Positions 24,775-38,795 of a stretch of DNA of 64,000 nt are shown here, piece by piece. The notes below the pieces were generated by a model that saw nothing but the letters and a program-made list of their open reading frames with translations, ran no database searches and was not told where the DNA came from. Numbering within the stretch: position 1 is the first letter of the stretch; every line of letters starts with the position of its first letter. The position numbers were made by a program, and so were the translations under genes. The DNA is from Camelus dromedarius (Eukaryota). The stretch is taken from the NCBI RefSeq assembly GCF_036321535.1, contig NC_087436.1, positions 85,562,001-85,626,000 on the forward strand. The letters are read 5' to 3'.

Positions 24775-26228
24775 AATTAACAACTTTATTGAGAGAGAAT
24801 TCACATACTATACATTTCACTCATTTGAAGTGTACAATTCAGTGGTTTTTAGTATTTTGACAGATACATGCAACCTTCAATCAGCACAGTTGATTTTGGA
24901 GCATTCCATCACCTTGAAAAGAAACCCTATACACTTAAGCTATCACCTCTTTGTCCTTCCTCCTTCCGTCTTCCCCAGCCCTAAGCAACCACTAATTTAC
25001 TTTCTGTCTTCCTAGATTAGGGCGTGCCATCTAAATGGACTCACATACTAGGTTGTCTTTTGTGTCAAGCTTCTTTCTCTTAGCAGAAGGTTTTCAAGTT
25101 TCATATATGTTGTAGCATGGATCTACACTCCGTTCCTTTATGGCTGAATAATATTCCATTGTATAATGGCAAGTCACAGTTTGTTTATTTATTTATCAGT
25201 TGATGGACCTCTGGGATGTTTTCACCTTTTGACTGCAAACATTCTTGTACATGTTTATATGCAGACATGTTTTCTTTCTCTTATGTGTATACCTAGGAGA
25301 GGGTCTTGTAATAACTCTATGTTTAACCACTTGAGGAACTATCCAACGGTTTCCCAAAGTGGCTGCCCCACTTAGATTGCCATCAGGAGTGTATGAGGGT
25401 TCTGGTCTCTCTACATACTCGTCAGTACTTGTTATTATCTGACTTTTTAATGCTAGCCTTCCTAGGGGCTGTGAAGTGATATTTCATTGTAGATTTGTAT
25501 TTCCCTAATGACTAATAATGTCAAACATCTTCATATATTTACTGGCTATTTTTATATCTGTCTTATTTGGAGAAATGTTTATTCAGTTCATTTTCCCATT
25601 TTTAAATTGGGTTATTGATCTTTTTTCTGTTGAGTAGCTCTTTATATATATAGATACGTTTCTTATCAGATACTTGCAAATATTTATTCTCATTCTTTTC
25701 AACTTTCTTGATAATGCCATTTGAAGCACAAATATTTTAATTTGATGAAAGTCTAATTTATCTCTTTATCTATCTTTTCTTTTGTGGCTCATGCTCTCAG
25801 TGTCTCATTTATGACTCCATTGCCAGATCTGAGATCATAAAGATTTATCCCAATATCTTCTTCTAAGAGTTTTACAGTTTAGCAGCTCTTATATTTAGGT
25901 CTTTGATGCATTTTGAATTAATTTTGTATATGATGTGAGGTAAGGTTTCAACTTCATTCTTTTGCATGTAGATATCTAGTTTTTCCGGCATCATTTGTTG
26001 AAAAGAATTATTCTTTTCCCATTGGATGATTTTTGGACCCTTGTTGAAGGTCAGTTGACCATAGACACATGGTTTATTTCTGGGCTTGCAATTCTGTTCT
26101 ACTGATCTGCATGTCCATCCTTACAACAGTACCACACTCTTGATTACCACTGCTTTGTAGTAAATTTTTAAGTTGAGAAACGTGACTCCTCTTTGTTCTT
26201 TTTTTTCAAGATTGTTTTGATTATTCCC
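24775..26228 (-). mobile_element. L1MB-like 3' end with decayed ORF2 C-terminus
   Basis: CTTTATTGAG...GTGTACAATTCAGTGGTTTTTAGTAT...GGCTGAATAATATTCCATTGT...CAACTTCATTCTTTTGCATGTAGATATC. Confidence 0.9.
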
Positions 26229-28799
26229 CTAAAGTCAGGCTTGGAATTCTTTGAGCAGAGAATTTCAGTTCTCAAGCACTCTGATTGTGATCTGGAAGTG
26301 GAGAATAACACTGGCTGGGGGTGCACACATCATGTTGGCCCTGTGGGAACTGATGTATCTGTAAGAGGGCTGGAGCTGGGTCTCCTAAAGGGTGGGTCCC
26401 AGTGGAGGGCCCTCTTGTCTGGGTCTAAGTGGTGCTATGCCACTTCCTGGCAGAAAATTCTTAAGTCCTATCCTGCAGCCCACTGAATTGTGTCTAAACT
26501 CTTCAACTTAGTACACAAGTTCTATTAAAACCCGATTTCAGCCAATTTTCCCATCTCTTCTCATTCCTCCATGAACTTAGCACTTCCTAAACCTCTGGGA
26601 AGAATTAATTGCTTTCTCATGCTTTGATGACCCTCAGCCTTACTCTTAAATGTACTTCCATTAAAGCACATATGACGTTGAATTATTATTATTTGTTTGC
26701 ATATCTGTCTTCCCTACAAGCTAGTAAGCAACTTGAGGTGGATTTGTGGTCTTTTGTCTGCACAGAAGCCATTTTTTATTCAAGGAATAGCACCCCCTTC
26801 GTCTTCGGAGACTGTTCCTCTCTCTCTCCTCTGTTGTAATATTAGATTTAAGCTGATGTCCAGACTCATCAAATTGTACATATTAAATATGTGCAGTTCT
26901 TTGCATATCAATTATACCTTAATAAATCATTTTTTTGGTCAAGATTGCTGGCCCTGCTCCTGTAGCCACAGTGTCTGGCAGTGTATGACATACGCTGGGC
27001 CAATCAAGTTCTTTCCAAGGACTTTCGATCATGCAACTGTGTGGAAAAGCTTTTTTCTCTTCAGTGGCAAATTAGGGAAGGTGGAACCTAGAGTTCTTGG
27101 TTGTTACGGTGTCAGTTTCACAGGGAGTTGCCAAAAGAGAAATCAAGCTGAGATAAGAGATGAGAAGAAACATCTGGAAAGCACTCAAGGCTGTTTCATG
27201 TCGTCTCAGCCATTTCTGTGGTTTGGATATGTGAGTCAATGAAATCTCCCTTTTGCCTCAGCTAATTCAAGTTTGATTTTTGTGATTTGCCTCCCAAAAT
27301 GTTCTGGGAGGCTTTCCTCCAGGGTGGAGGCCAGGGTATGTTCATTTTTATGTGTCCCAAAGTCTAGCATAGACCCTGGCACAGAGTAGGCACTCAAGAC
27401 ATTTATTTATTGCTTTAAAGCAAAACATAGATTGGCTGAATTAAAATTTATTCAGAAATGTGCTGGTCAGTCTAAAATGTCCAGAAAGCATCATGTTACT
27501 GAGGTACATTGGGAGAACAAGAGCTTGATGGTTTGTACAGTTAAATATGGGGACAAAAAAAAACAGTGAAAAGTAAAACAATTTCAGAAAAAGAATAAAT
27601 GTGTTGCCAACTTGGCAAACTGAACTACAGCAAGCTAGAAATATTTGTTTGCTTTCCCTCTTCTAGCTTTCAAACCAAAACTTCCTTTTATAAAATATAA
27701 AGCTTCCTTTTATAAAGTGATATACTTATGATTTTGCTTATGAAAGATGGAAGCTAGAGAGTTTAACTTCTCTCCCGGAGCCCTGTTGTAGCTCACCAGC
27801 CCAGTTCGGGCTTTAGAGGGCAGGGGAAGAGGATAAAGTGAGGGTGGAGATCTGGGATGACCTTTACCAACTCACAAGAGCAATTACTTATTCCCGAACA
27901 AGAATGGAACCTTCACTGTACCTCTCCTCAGGCATTCAGTGAAAAGAAGCCTGGCTATAAAAAAGTGGCAGGAAGAATGCAGCCACATCTTCACCAAGCA
28001 GGTCTGGCTGGTTTAGAACCGTGTGTTTTGCCAACTCAAATGGTTGTACCAACAATAAGGTCACGAAGTGTCCACCCATTGAGAAAACCAAGGTTCATTT
28101 ATTCCCAGAGCTGGATGGAACCTCAGAGGTCATGTGGTTCAGCCACCATCTGCTGTCTGATTATCTCCATCGTGTCCTTGAATTAGTTTCCAGTTCCTTC
28201 TTGAACCCACCTACGAAGAGAGACCTGGGTCTCCAGACAGCCAGTTTCATCTATGAACCGTTAGAAAGTTCTTGTTGTTCTAAGCTGAAAGCCATTTGAA
28301 GAAACTTCCTGCTATTGATTCACATGGCCTTGCTTAAGTCCTTGGAAAAGAAATCTAGTCCCTCTTCCAGACGAATTCCTCCCTCCTTCTGTCCTTTAGA
28401 TACTTGAGGCAGCTACCACGTATTTTTAGGCAAAACATCCCACGGTCCTTTAGCAGTTCCTCAGAGGACGCTAGGGCTTTAATCCTCTTTGGGCAGGCAC
28501 TGGGACACGTAGCAATTAGGCGCAAAGGACATGCGGCCAGACAGGACCAAGTCACAGTTCTTGCTCCTCAGTGCACCGTGTGTGTGTGACGTGTGTATGT
28601 TACTTAACCCTGCTGACTTCAGGTTTGTCGTTTCTGAAAGATACTTTATTTTATTTGTAAAATGGAGATAATAATAGTTGTAGTATGGGTCATCCTGAAG
28701 ATCATGTGAAGTATTTCATGTAAAATGGTTAGCACAATGCCTGAAACACACAAAATACATTACGTTGTTGTCATTTTTTAAAAAAAAATTAGGTATAAC

Positions 28800-29370
28800 G
28801 TATTAGGCAACTCAGGCTGCCGTAACAAAATACCATAGATGGGGAGGCTTGAACAACAGAAATGTTCTCTCACAGTTCTGAAGACTGGATGTCTAAGAAC
28901 AGGGTGCCAGCCAGGTAGGCTTGATTCTGAAGCTTCTTCTCCTGGCTGGCAGGCGGCCACCATCTATCTGGCTGTGTGCTTGGTGACCACCTACCTGTGC
29001 ACACACGGAGAAGGAGAGAGAGAGAGAGAGCCATTGGGTTTCTCTTCTTATGAGGACACTAATCCCATCTGACTAGGGCTTCACACTTATGACCTCGTTT
29101 AACTTTTTTTTTAATTTTATTTTTAATTTTTGGTGGTGGGGGGAGGTAGGTAATTAGGTTTCTCTATTTGTTTATTACTTTTGGTGGAGGTACCAGGGAT
29201 TGAACCCACGACTTCTTGCATGCTAGGCACGCACTCTACCACTGAGCTATACCCTCCCCCCTTCATTTAACTTTAATTGCCTCCTAAGGGCCCTATCTGC
29301 ATATACAATTACATTGGAGGTTAGAGCTTCAACATATGAATTTTGGCAGTACACAAGTCAGTCCATTGCA
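28800..29370 (-). mobile_element. MaLR LTR (MLT1A-like) interrupted by a SINE
   Basis: GGCTGCCGTAACAAAATACCATAGA...TCTCACAGTTCTGAAGACTGG...GCTTCAACATATGAATTTT. Confidence 0.88.
29107..29260 (-). mobile_element. Camelid tRNA-derived SINE (Vic-1-like)
   Basis: GGAGGTACCAGGGATTGAACCCACG...CTCTACCACTGAGCTATACCCTCCCC; TSD-like CCTCGTTTAACTTT / CTTCATTTAACTTT. Confidence 0.92.
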
Positions 29371-30519
29371 TATGATATTATATTAAACTTCCAACATTTA
29401 AAGAAAAGTATGCATCCAGCTGAGGGTTAGCATTGTAAAGTCTCTCAGGTAAAATGCTGAATACAGTCCCATGTGGCTGGGCAGGGGAAAGATGAAGCTG
29501 AGATGGGAGCAAGGGTAAGACTGCGATGGGACCGGTCGTTCCTGCTCAGGAGTTTGCATTTTTTCTCTAAGGGCAATAAGATTCTGAAGAGTTTAAGTGG
29601 GAACGTGACCTAGTGTATTTTCTGCTTTATTAGGGTCATTCTGTCTGCTGTGCAGAAAGTGGATTGAAGGGGATTTAATCTTGTGAGAAACCTAACATGC
29701 ACATATTAAAGGGTTGTCCTCAGGGTGGCAGGAAGAAGGACGAAGTATTAATAATCTGGGCACAAACCCCAAGGATGGAATTTGAACTCAAATCTTAATG
29801 GTTTTTATTCAGCTTTTCTAATAACTAGTAGCGCCCCCATCACCCTCCTCCCACTGCCTTTCTATAATCTCCAATTTTCTCTGATGGTTGTGGGAGAGTG
29901 AATTTCGGGTGCTGATACTAATTAGCATAGTGTAAGATAAGCAGCAATTTGGTTGGAACATTTTAATAATAGTTATTTTCTCTTTTGCCTATATTTAAAA
30001 GTTCTAATTTAATGAATAAATTATCTTCAAAGATCTAAGTTATTTCGAGTTTTGTTGTTCCATCTGATATGTTAATTTCATCAACAGATTTACTTTAATA
30101 ATGGAAGAAGAAACTTGGGGGAAAAAAATCCTATCTTGAAGTCGAAACTAACTTGTATGTGAATACCCTAAGGAAGTTTGGTGAAGTCTTTGCAGGAAGG
30201 GTTTGGATGATGAACTTCGCAGAGCATTTTTCATACCCAAAGACAGGGCATGCCTGAATCAGAATCATCTGAACTTCTTTTGAACGATTTTTTTTTTAAG
30301 CCACTTGAGATGAGATGGCTTTTCCTTTGAATGAAAGCTAGGAGGTGTAACAGAAATAGCGGTGAACCAGAAACTCCCAGACTGAGTCCTAGCCTTGGCT
30401 TCATTATTAACTGGTTACTCTGATGCAGCACAAACCCATCACTCTTCTGGATCTCAGTCATTCTAGGAAATCAAAAGAGCAGGAATAAATCATTTCTAAA
30501 GCCTTTACAGTCATATGCC

Positions 30520-31230
30520 TATTATGCCCAGCTCTGCTCAAGGAATGTGGGAGTGAATAGAACATATAAGATCCCTGATCCCACTGAGCATTTATTCTTA
30601 TGGGGGAACACACTTTATGAAACTGGCATAGTAATTAACAAATAGGATGCATTCAGATCAGGTGTTTAAGAAAATGAAATGGGATAATGGTATAGAGAGA
30701 AAGATGTCTTTGTTAGGAGCAACTCTTCATATAGGGTGGGGAAGGCAGTCAGGGGTAAGAAGTCAGGCAGACTTCTCTGATGAGGTTCCTTCTTTGCTGA
30801 GACTTGAGTCAAGAAAGATCTAGGTTAAGAGCATTCTGGACCACAAGAAGAGCAAGATCAAGGCCCCGAATAGCGAAGGAGCTGGATGTATTCCAGGGAT
30901 AAGGAGGTGAGCATGGCTGGAGTGTAGTGAATGGAGTGGAAAGTGATATGAAATGAGGTCTGAAGGGTGGACAGTGGCCAGATCCTGTAAGTTCTGGCTG
31001 GCTATGGAAGGGGGTTGAATTTTATTTGAGTAGTCGTGAGCAATTTTGACCCATTGGACAGAACAGTTTGGAGCAAGGGAGTCTTTTTTTGTCTTGTTTT
31101 GTTTTTAAAGATTTGTCAGGGTGCTGGGTGGAGATGGGCTGTATTAATAGGTAAGAGTGAAACCAGGACACTAGGTGAGCACCTGCTGCAGTAATCCAGC
31201 TGAGAGATGGTAGCAGTGGGAGGTGGTGGG
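30520..31230 (-). mobile_element. L2 fragment
   Basis: GCATGGCTGGAGTGTAGTGA...GGCCAGATC...GCAGTAATCCAGCTGAGAGATGGT. Confidence 0.7.
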
Positions 31231-32342
31231 ACCTGTTACACAGCTCGAGTCAAGAGCGATTGCTAAGGAGTGGCTGTTTATGCCTCGATGACCTACTGGT
31301 CAATGAAGATTACAAGATTCTCTGCTTCTAGTTGAGTTCCCCTCCCTCCCCTCTCGCATCTGTGGGGCTGAGGGGGTGAGAAGAGTGGTTTGTGATTATG
31401 AGTCCAATTCGTGTCAGCTGCAGAGAGATCACAGAGTGACCTGGCCCTCTAGCAGGATGCTTCGTCTCAGTGAGTCACTGGAACATTCGGTGGGAGAAAC
31501 ACTCCTGAAGGAAAAATAAAAGCAGAGAGTAGCGGGTGGCATTGAGACAAACCTGAACCCTCTGACAAAGCGATTCCTTTCTGCTTTCTTTCCCTTTCAG
31601 ATTGGTTCCCAAGAACTTGGTACATTCAGTTTGTCTGTAGTGGAGACAGCTGTTTTAAACAGAACTGAATCCAATTTCCATGACATTTTGCACATATGCA
31701 GATTTTGGCATTCAGATGATTCGTGAGTGCAATTAATAAATGGCAGCATTATTTTGGAATACTTAGTGCATTATATTTTCAGGAAACGCACTCTACCTAA
31801 CTTAACAACCTCCACTCTACCTTCATTTTTATATAGTCACGACACTGTAGTTTTGGGCTACATAGCCCTACAACATAATTACATCCCCTATCAAGCTGAA
31901 TAGTAAGGTACAATTCTCTTCCTGTCATGACCCGAATAATGGGATATGTCCACTTTTAAAGAACTAAGCTATCAAGCCCAGGCTCCTAAAAATGCCGTAT
32001 TCATTCTATATCTGCTAAGAATGCTGTTGGTATTTTTGGAATCTGGCTTTGTCAATAATTTTCTTCCACAAGTGACTCTGCCTAGGATGTCTGTGAGCCC
32101 TAGAGACTGGGTGCATTCGTTCAGCAGATATTCGAGCCCCTTACGCCAGGCAAGGTACTCCATGCTGGACACTAGGGGGAATCACAAAACAGAATGACAT
32201 CTCTGCCCTGCATCTAGTTAACTATCCACTTGGCAAAGTTGTGCAGAAAAGACCAAATAACAGCACAAGAATTTTAAAATATTTAAATACAGGATATCTC
32301 ACAATAGCAGGATATGATCTGGTCATTAATAATGGTTTATAA

Positions 32343-33000
32343 CTGTGCTTTTCAAACTGTTAAGATGCACACAAATCTCTTAGGCATCTTGTTAAAATGC
32401 ACATTCTGATTCAGTAGGTTGGAGGTGGTGGGAATAACTTCCTTCTTAATGCCAATGCCAAAGTCTCATGATCAAATTTTGAGCAGCCAGGGATTATATT
32501 CAAGATCCCTAAACTGTACTTTGAGGCACCCCAGGGTACTGCTGCAGTGAATTCACAGGGGCACCATGGGATTTTTTTAAATTGAAAAAACAAAACACAG
32601 TGATGCTTGTCATGTGAATTACTAGTTGTTCATAGTTTCAACATTAGATCGTGCTACATTCCTCTGATCTTATATCTTGGCAAAGCTGGATTCTCACAGT
32701 AACTGTACTGTGATGAAAAAAATGTAAGTACTACACAAAAATCCATTTCAAAGTTTGAGGAGTTGTGCAGTGCCCAACAGGCACGTATATCTGGTAGTAA
32801 GTCATTGTGGCTATATAAGAATAAAATTTCAAAGAGCAGTTTTCTTTCCGTTTGTGCACACTGTTTCTTTCAGGTAGCTGCTGAGTTGTTAGGACATGGT
32901 AACTACTAAGTGATGAAGATGATTAGCTGTTTCTTTTGGCCAACGGACATCAAAAAAAAATTGGGAGACACAAGATGCTGTGAACAGAGAAAGTGTGGAA
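32343..33000. mobile_element. hAT-Charlie elements (MER5B-like plus adjacent Charlie fragment)
   Basis: CTTGTTAAAATGCACATTCTGATTCAGTAGGT; GAGGCACCCCAGGG...GGGGCACCATGGGA...GATGCTGTGAACAGAGAAAGT. Confidence 0.55.
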
Positions 33001-34155
33001 ATCTCTGAGTTAGTTAATAAGGACTGTGGAGTCAGAGAGGGTCGGGGTGGCCAGGGAAGGTCACGTGGAGGTTGTAGAACATGAGTTAGGTCTGCAGGAG
33101 AAATGACACAGATGTACTCCCCAGTCATGGCTGGGTCTTGGGAAGCACCTTACCCAATAGGACAGCAAGATAAAGCTGAACCAGTGAATGAAACAAAGAA
33201 GGAACACTCAGAAGGCTTAGGAGAAAGCACTGGAACTTGGCTACTGAAGGAGGGATGGAAAATTTTATTTATCGAGTGCCTCACAGGTGTGAAGTGTGAT
33301 CTTAGCTGTTTTTTACATACTGTTATATGGAATACCCACGGCAAATTCTGAGATGGATATCATCATCTTCATTTTACAGATTAGGAGATGGATGGCCAGA
33401 GACGCTGTATAGCCTGGCCAAGGTTATTCAGTCAGTAAGTGGAAAGATTTGAATCCAACTTCTTGTTTTGAACCCAGAGTGCTTGCTCTTCCCCTAAACC
33501 TTTCAAGAATGGAAAGGAAGATGAGTAAAAGGCTACTGTGACTTGTTAGAGCAGAGTCTTAATCTTTGGTCCTTAAGAGCTCCCTGGATAAGCTTCAGGA
33601 GGTTTATTAATCCCTGAAGTTTCATGCAAAATTCTATTGTAAAAAAATACATTTTTTTCTCCTGATATAATGGTCTATAACTTCCACCAGATTTCCAAGG
33701 AGATTTTGAATCCCCACCCAAATTTAAGAACAGCTGTTCTAGACAGATGTTTCAGTAGAGCAGTGAATTTTAGGGCGTGATGGACTAAACAGGTAGAGCT
33801 GAAGACAATAGCAGTATGTGATGTAGTCCCGAAATGTGGGTCTAAAAGAAGGAAAAATTGCTATGGAAGTTTGAAGAGGCAGAAAAAGCAGTTGAACCTT
33901 TTGTTTTTAAAGATCGGGGAGCTATTTGAGCCTATTTGGCAACAGAGAGGAAGGATCCTGTGAAGAGACATTGATGACTCGGCGGTGGGAGCAGACAGGT
34001 GCAAACAGAGGAGGAAGCTCACCAGAGGCAGGGGAGGAGGTCGGCATCCTCTCCTGGGGGTGTTGGTGGGCTTCACTCCTCCACTAAGCATTGCGGTCAT
34101 TCCGTTAACTCGTTCAAGATATTCCAGGAACATTCTCCTTCAGAAATACAGTCTG

Positions 34156-34260
34156 AAAAAAAAAAAAAAAAAAAAAAAAAAAAACGAGGAAAGGAAGAAT
34201 AGGAGAAAGAGAAGGAGGAAGAGAGGAAGGAAAGTAAGATGGAAGGAAGGGAGGGAGGAA
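34156..34260. repeat. Poly-A (~29 nt) plus GA-rich purine tract
   Basis: Visible directly. Confidence 0.9.
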
Positions 34261-35039
34261 ACCCAGAGTGTTTCTCTAAGAGAGACGTGAGGTGAAGGAG
34301 GGGAGGAAAAAGTGAAGGTGGAAGTTACGTATTCCTGAGCCTTTCTTTGCTCCTAGGGGTCAACGCTAATTCTGTGACAATGCCTACCTCATGGATCAAG
34401 AGGGAGTGGAGACTCCCAGGGACACTCGAAGCCTCCAGCTAGGCTCTAAATGAAAAGCTTGCTCTGTCTTCCAAGAACAGTCATTTTTGTACTTAGAAGG
34501 AGGCGGAGGGGATTCAACTAGGCTGTTTTTATTACAAGATTTTTCATCTCTTTTTATCTCCTGGGTTTCAGATGTATTTAATTATCCTTCCCAAATGCCA
34601 TATTCTGCCTTTAATGAAAATCTTAAAATAAAAAAAAAAACTTGATGCAGATGCAAATTAAATTTGGTGTTTTGTTTATATGAAGAAAAATATAAGGAGT
34701 ACCCTGTTTGCTTCTCCATGGGTTGTGAGTGTACTGTTTGGGAGCTTATTTTTAAACAAAAATAGGATTTTATTATCATTATCAATAGATGCTCATGGAA
34801 TATAAAAAAATCAAATTTAGTTCATGTTTGCAACATCTGGGCATTGTTAAGAAATTCACTAAGGAATCTAGAGCTACAGAAGGTTCTAATTTTTAAAAAC
34901 ACACACATATACACACACATGATTTTCATTAGCAGGAAATGTATAGTCTTCAGTTTCTATTGTGTGTTAGGGATTGTGTGGTCCTTAATTCCAAGGAGCT
35001 CAGAATCAAATAAGCAAACGGAAAGATAATCAAATTAAT

Positions 35040-35250
35040 AATCATGATAAAAATAAGATTTATTGAGCATGTACTATGTGCCAGGTACTGTCCTAAATGC
35101 TTACAAGGATGGACCCATTTAATCCTCACAAAAACCCTACATCATGGGTGCTGTTATTGTCCTCATTTTACAAATGAGAAATCTGAGGGATAGAAGAGTT
35201 AAATAACTGGTTCATGGTAACACAGCTGGTGAGCGGTGGTTTAGGCAGCC
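35040..35250 (-). mobile_element. MIR SINE
   Basis: TTTATTGAGCATGTACTATGTGCCAGG...CCTCATTTTACAAATGAGAAATCTGAGG. Confidence 0.85.
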
Positions 35251-36663
35251 CACACGCTTAGATAATGTAGTTGTGGAAACAGATGCCAGGACAGAAGGGA
35301 TGATGGGGGTGGAGGATGCTTCCTGGTGGAGGTGACTTAGAGCTGGGTTCGTAAGGATGAGGTAGGTGGTGCATTATAGGCAGAGGTGTCTGAAACAGCA
35401 GGGTGAATTCTGGAACTCAGGCAGCTTCGCGTTACTGGTGGACATTGTAGGAGGGTAAGGATTGGGTGGGAGGTGAGATTGGAGAGACAGTCAGAAGGCA
35501 GATCATGAAGGACCTTGAAGGCTGCACCTAGCAGCTTAGATGTTGTCCTGTGGCTTGTCAAACACTGAAATAAAGGAGACACAGACACACCCGTGGGCAA
35601 AATGCTGAAGCTGGGATTACAAGTGTCTTCTTTTCTGAACTGCTCTGGATTCTTAGTTTTCTGTTTTTTAAAAAAATCATACTAAGAAAAGAAAAAGAAA
35701 AAAATGGAGACTAGCCAAGGAATGACAAGAGTTTATTAAAACAACATAGTTATGGGGTATTTTAGCTTACTGTTGACTCGGTTCCTTGATTAGTAAATAA
35801 CATACTTCTTTTGTGTCTCTTCAGTTAAAAAGAGATTAACAAGATTGTTTAATAAATTTGTTTAAGAATTAATATGAATAAATGAAATGAGGGGTAGTGA
35901 GAAATCACTTATGATAAACCTCTGTGCTTTGGGAAAGAGCATTTTCCTTGAGTGTTCCTATAATAATTTACCTGATACCTTCATTCTGCCCCCAGACTCA
36001 AGTCCAAGCTTTATTCTGGGGTCAGCGTTCAGTCCTGTATACATTGTGCGATCTGTGTATTTCCTGCCTGTGTCCCTCCAGGCCTTCCAGCTCTTTAGAG
36101 ACACGCTTCCTTTGAACGTACACATTAAATTGCACGCGGCTCTGTCTTGTGTATTGTGGAAAAACCACACCTTCTCCAAGACTGCCAGAGCCTCCCAGGG
36201 GGTCTCACATTGTCAGGGGCACCTCCTGTTTTGAATTCCAACTTTCATTGAATTCCTTTCTTTCTTATAATCATACCTACTTATTTAGGGTCCCCTCCTC
36301 CCAAACCAAAGAACTAGTTTCTTTTTAAGAAGAATTTTGCCTTCCTTCTGGGCCAGCGAGTGTAAACTGCAAACAGCTTTTAAAGTAACAATGTTTTCTT
36401 TCCTTTTACAATAATACCTTATGTTATTACATGCATTACAATTCCATAGTACTGTTACAGCTTTCAAAACATTTCCACAACAGAGCAGGTAGGATTTGTT
36501 CTCATTTGGGAGGGGAATGGAGGAAGGAACCAGCATTTGTAGGCTGCCTTTTATGAGCAGGGCATTGTCTTCCTGTTTTACATGTTTTAGCTCATTAGCA
36601 TACATAATCTCATTAAGCACATTTTTTTGCAATTGTTCTTCACAATTTTGCAAGGTAGGCATT

Positions 36664-37212
36664 TGTATTAGTATCTGCTGCCATATGCAAATTACCCCAA
36701 CACTGAGCAGATTGAAACAGCAAATATTCATGTTCTCACATGTTCTGTGGGTCAGGACTCTGGGTGTGGCCTCTCTGGGTACCTCTGGGTCAGGGTCTCT
36801 GGGGAGGCTGCAGTTCTGCTGTTGGTCTTGGCTGTGGTCTCATCTAAAGGCGGGGGAGGATCCACTTTCCAGCTCACTCATGGGGCTATTGGCAGGCTTT
36901 AGTTCCTAACCTAGCGGAGGTCTCCCTCAGTTTATTGCCATGGTGTCCTCTCTACAAGGCAGCTCATGACAGGACAGCTGGCTTCCCTCCCAGTGTTTCA
37001 GCAAGAAAGTGGGGAGCGAGAGCTCTTGAGTTGAAAGCCATAGTCTCTTTGTAACCTAATCTCAGAAGTGACCTCTCCTTACTTTCACCATAGTCTGTTG
37101 GTTAGAAGTGAATCACTGGATCCAGCCCACACTCCAGGGGAGCGCATTACACGAGGGCACCAATACCAGGAATTGGGACCATCAGGGACCATCCTCGAGG
37201 CTGCCTACCACA
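36664..37212 (-). mobile_element. MaLR LTR (MLT1F/G-like)
   Basis: TGTATTAG...TCTGTGGGTCAGGA...GTAACCTAATCTCAGAAGTGAC...GAGGCTGCCTACCACA. Confidence 0.85.
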
Positions 37213-37654
37213 GCGTGATGGTCCCCACTTTGCAGAGGGAGAAAAAGAGACGCTGAAGCGATTAAGCAGCTTGATCAAGGTCTTCCAACTAGCATATGGT
37301 AAAGCCAACAGTAAATTCTGATTTTAATGTTTTTAGTAGAAAATGCACATCTATCGGCTCCCAAAAATCTTTTTTTTTTTTTTTTTCAAATAAGGAAAAA
37401 GAGCTGAATCATTGGGAAACAAACCCATATCAGTAATTTATGTAAAACTGAATAGAACAGAGAGCCTTCCTGCGACTTCCTGGGGCCAGGACAGATTCAG
37501 CCACATCCTTTATCCCAGCAGTTCTCAAATGCTGGTCTACATCTAGGAAACAGTTTTGGTCAGTCTGCATCAAACTAAGAATAATAAGAACCATGTAGAA
37601 GTTTTCCATAAGGACAAATATACAATTAAAAGGGCTTTTCTTTGTCCCTTTATC

Positions 37655-37985
37655 TTTTTTATCGTGGTAAGAACACTTAAAATGAGATCTACCCTCTTAA
37701 ATCCTTAAGTGCATAGCACAGTATTGTTGACTCCATAGCACAGTACGGTGTGGTGCGGGAGAAAGCTAGAACTTACTCATCTTGCATGACTGACACTTTA
37801 TACTCACTGAACAGCAGCTCCCCATTTCCTCCTCCCCTTGGGGTCTGGCAACCACCATTCTACTTTCTGTTTCTATGAGTCTGACTATTTAAATATCCCA
37901 TGTATTTGATCTTCTGTGATTGGCTTATTTCACTTAGCGAAATGTCCGCAAGGTTCGTGCCTGTTGTGACATGTGGCAGGATGCA
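37655..37985 (-). mobile_element. L1MA9-like 3' end
   Basis: GTGGTAAGAACACTTAAAATGAGATCTACCCTC...CTGGCAACCACCATTCTACT...TGGCTTATTTCACTTAGC. Confidence 0.8.
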
Positions 37986-38394
37986 GATAATCCTAAAGAC
38001 TCTAAAAAAGTGAAAGGGCTTTCTTTACTCTTATTTTCACTCCGTCCATTTTGAGCTGTTAAAAATATCACTGTTTTATAATGTGTTGCTGACAATAGAA
38101 TGATGATTTTTCTAAATTTACTCTTCTTACTCTTATTTGTTACAAATAATATGCAACACTGATAAGATTCCTAGATTTCATCTGAACTTTTACTGGTCTC
38201 TGCATCACACTACAGTTGCAAGATCCTATTAAGTGGCCCTTTATGAGTCAGAATAGTGACCCTGAGTTTGAGGTAAGATCCTCCAATGTTAAAGGAAGTG
38301 TCAGATATGTCTGGAGCACTTAATAAGACAGAAAAGTGGAATTGTATTTATGCAGAGTAAAATAAAATGGTTTTTCCTTAAACTTCTTAAAAAT

Positions 38395-38795
38395 AAACTT
38401 TAAAATTTTATACTTTCATATTCACAAAAGGTGAAAATTGTACAGAGGGTTCTTGTATACCCTTCATCCTGTTTCCCCTGTTGTTAACATCTTACATTAC
38501 TATGGTGCATTTCTCATTAGTGAGGAACCAGCACTGGTGCATTGCTGTTAAGTAAGCTCCACTGTGTATTCAGATTCCACTAGTTTTTCCCCGATGTCCT
38601 TTTTCTTTTCCAGGTTCCTACCCCAAACAACACATTACTTATAGTCATTGTGTCTGCTTAGCTTCCTCTAGTCTCTGACAGTTTTCTCAAACATTCCTTG
38701 CTTTTTATGACTTTGACAGTATTGAGGAGTAATGGTCAAGTATTTTGTAGACTGACTGTCCCTCAATTTGGGTTTGTCTGATGTTTTTCTCATTA
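38395..38795 (-). mobile_element. L1MC-like 3' end
   Basis: GTTAACATCTTACATTACTATGGT...CCTCAATTTGGGTTTGTCTGATGTTT. Confidence 0.75.

Noticed and set aside
27604..27716. Palindrome TTGCCAACTTGGCAA and repeated CTTCCTTTTATAAA
   Set aside because: Short and compatible with chance or local slippage; no supporting context.
29185..29260. tRNA-like sequence with A/B boxes (also 21883, 39082, 57337)
   Set aside because: These are tRNA-derived SINE heads with AT-rich tails (TSDs visible on two of the four), not tRNA genes.
33985..34290. Lys/Arg-rich ORF resembling a basic nuclear protein
   Set aside because: Produced by the poly-A and GA-rich tract.
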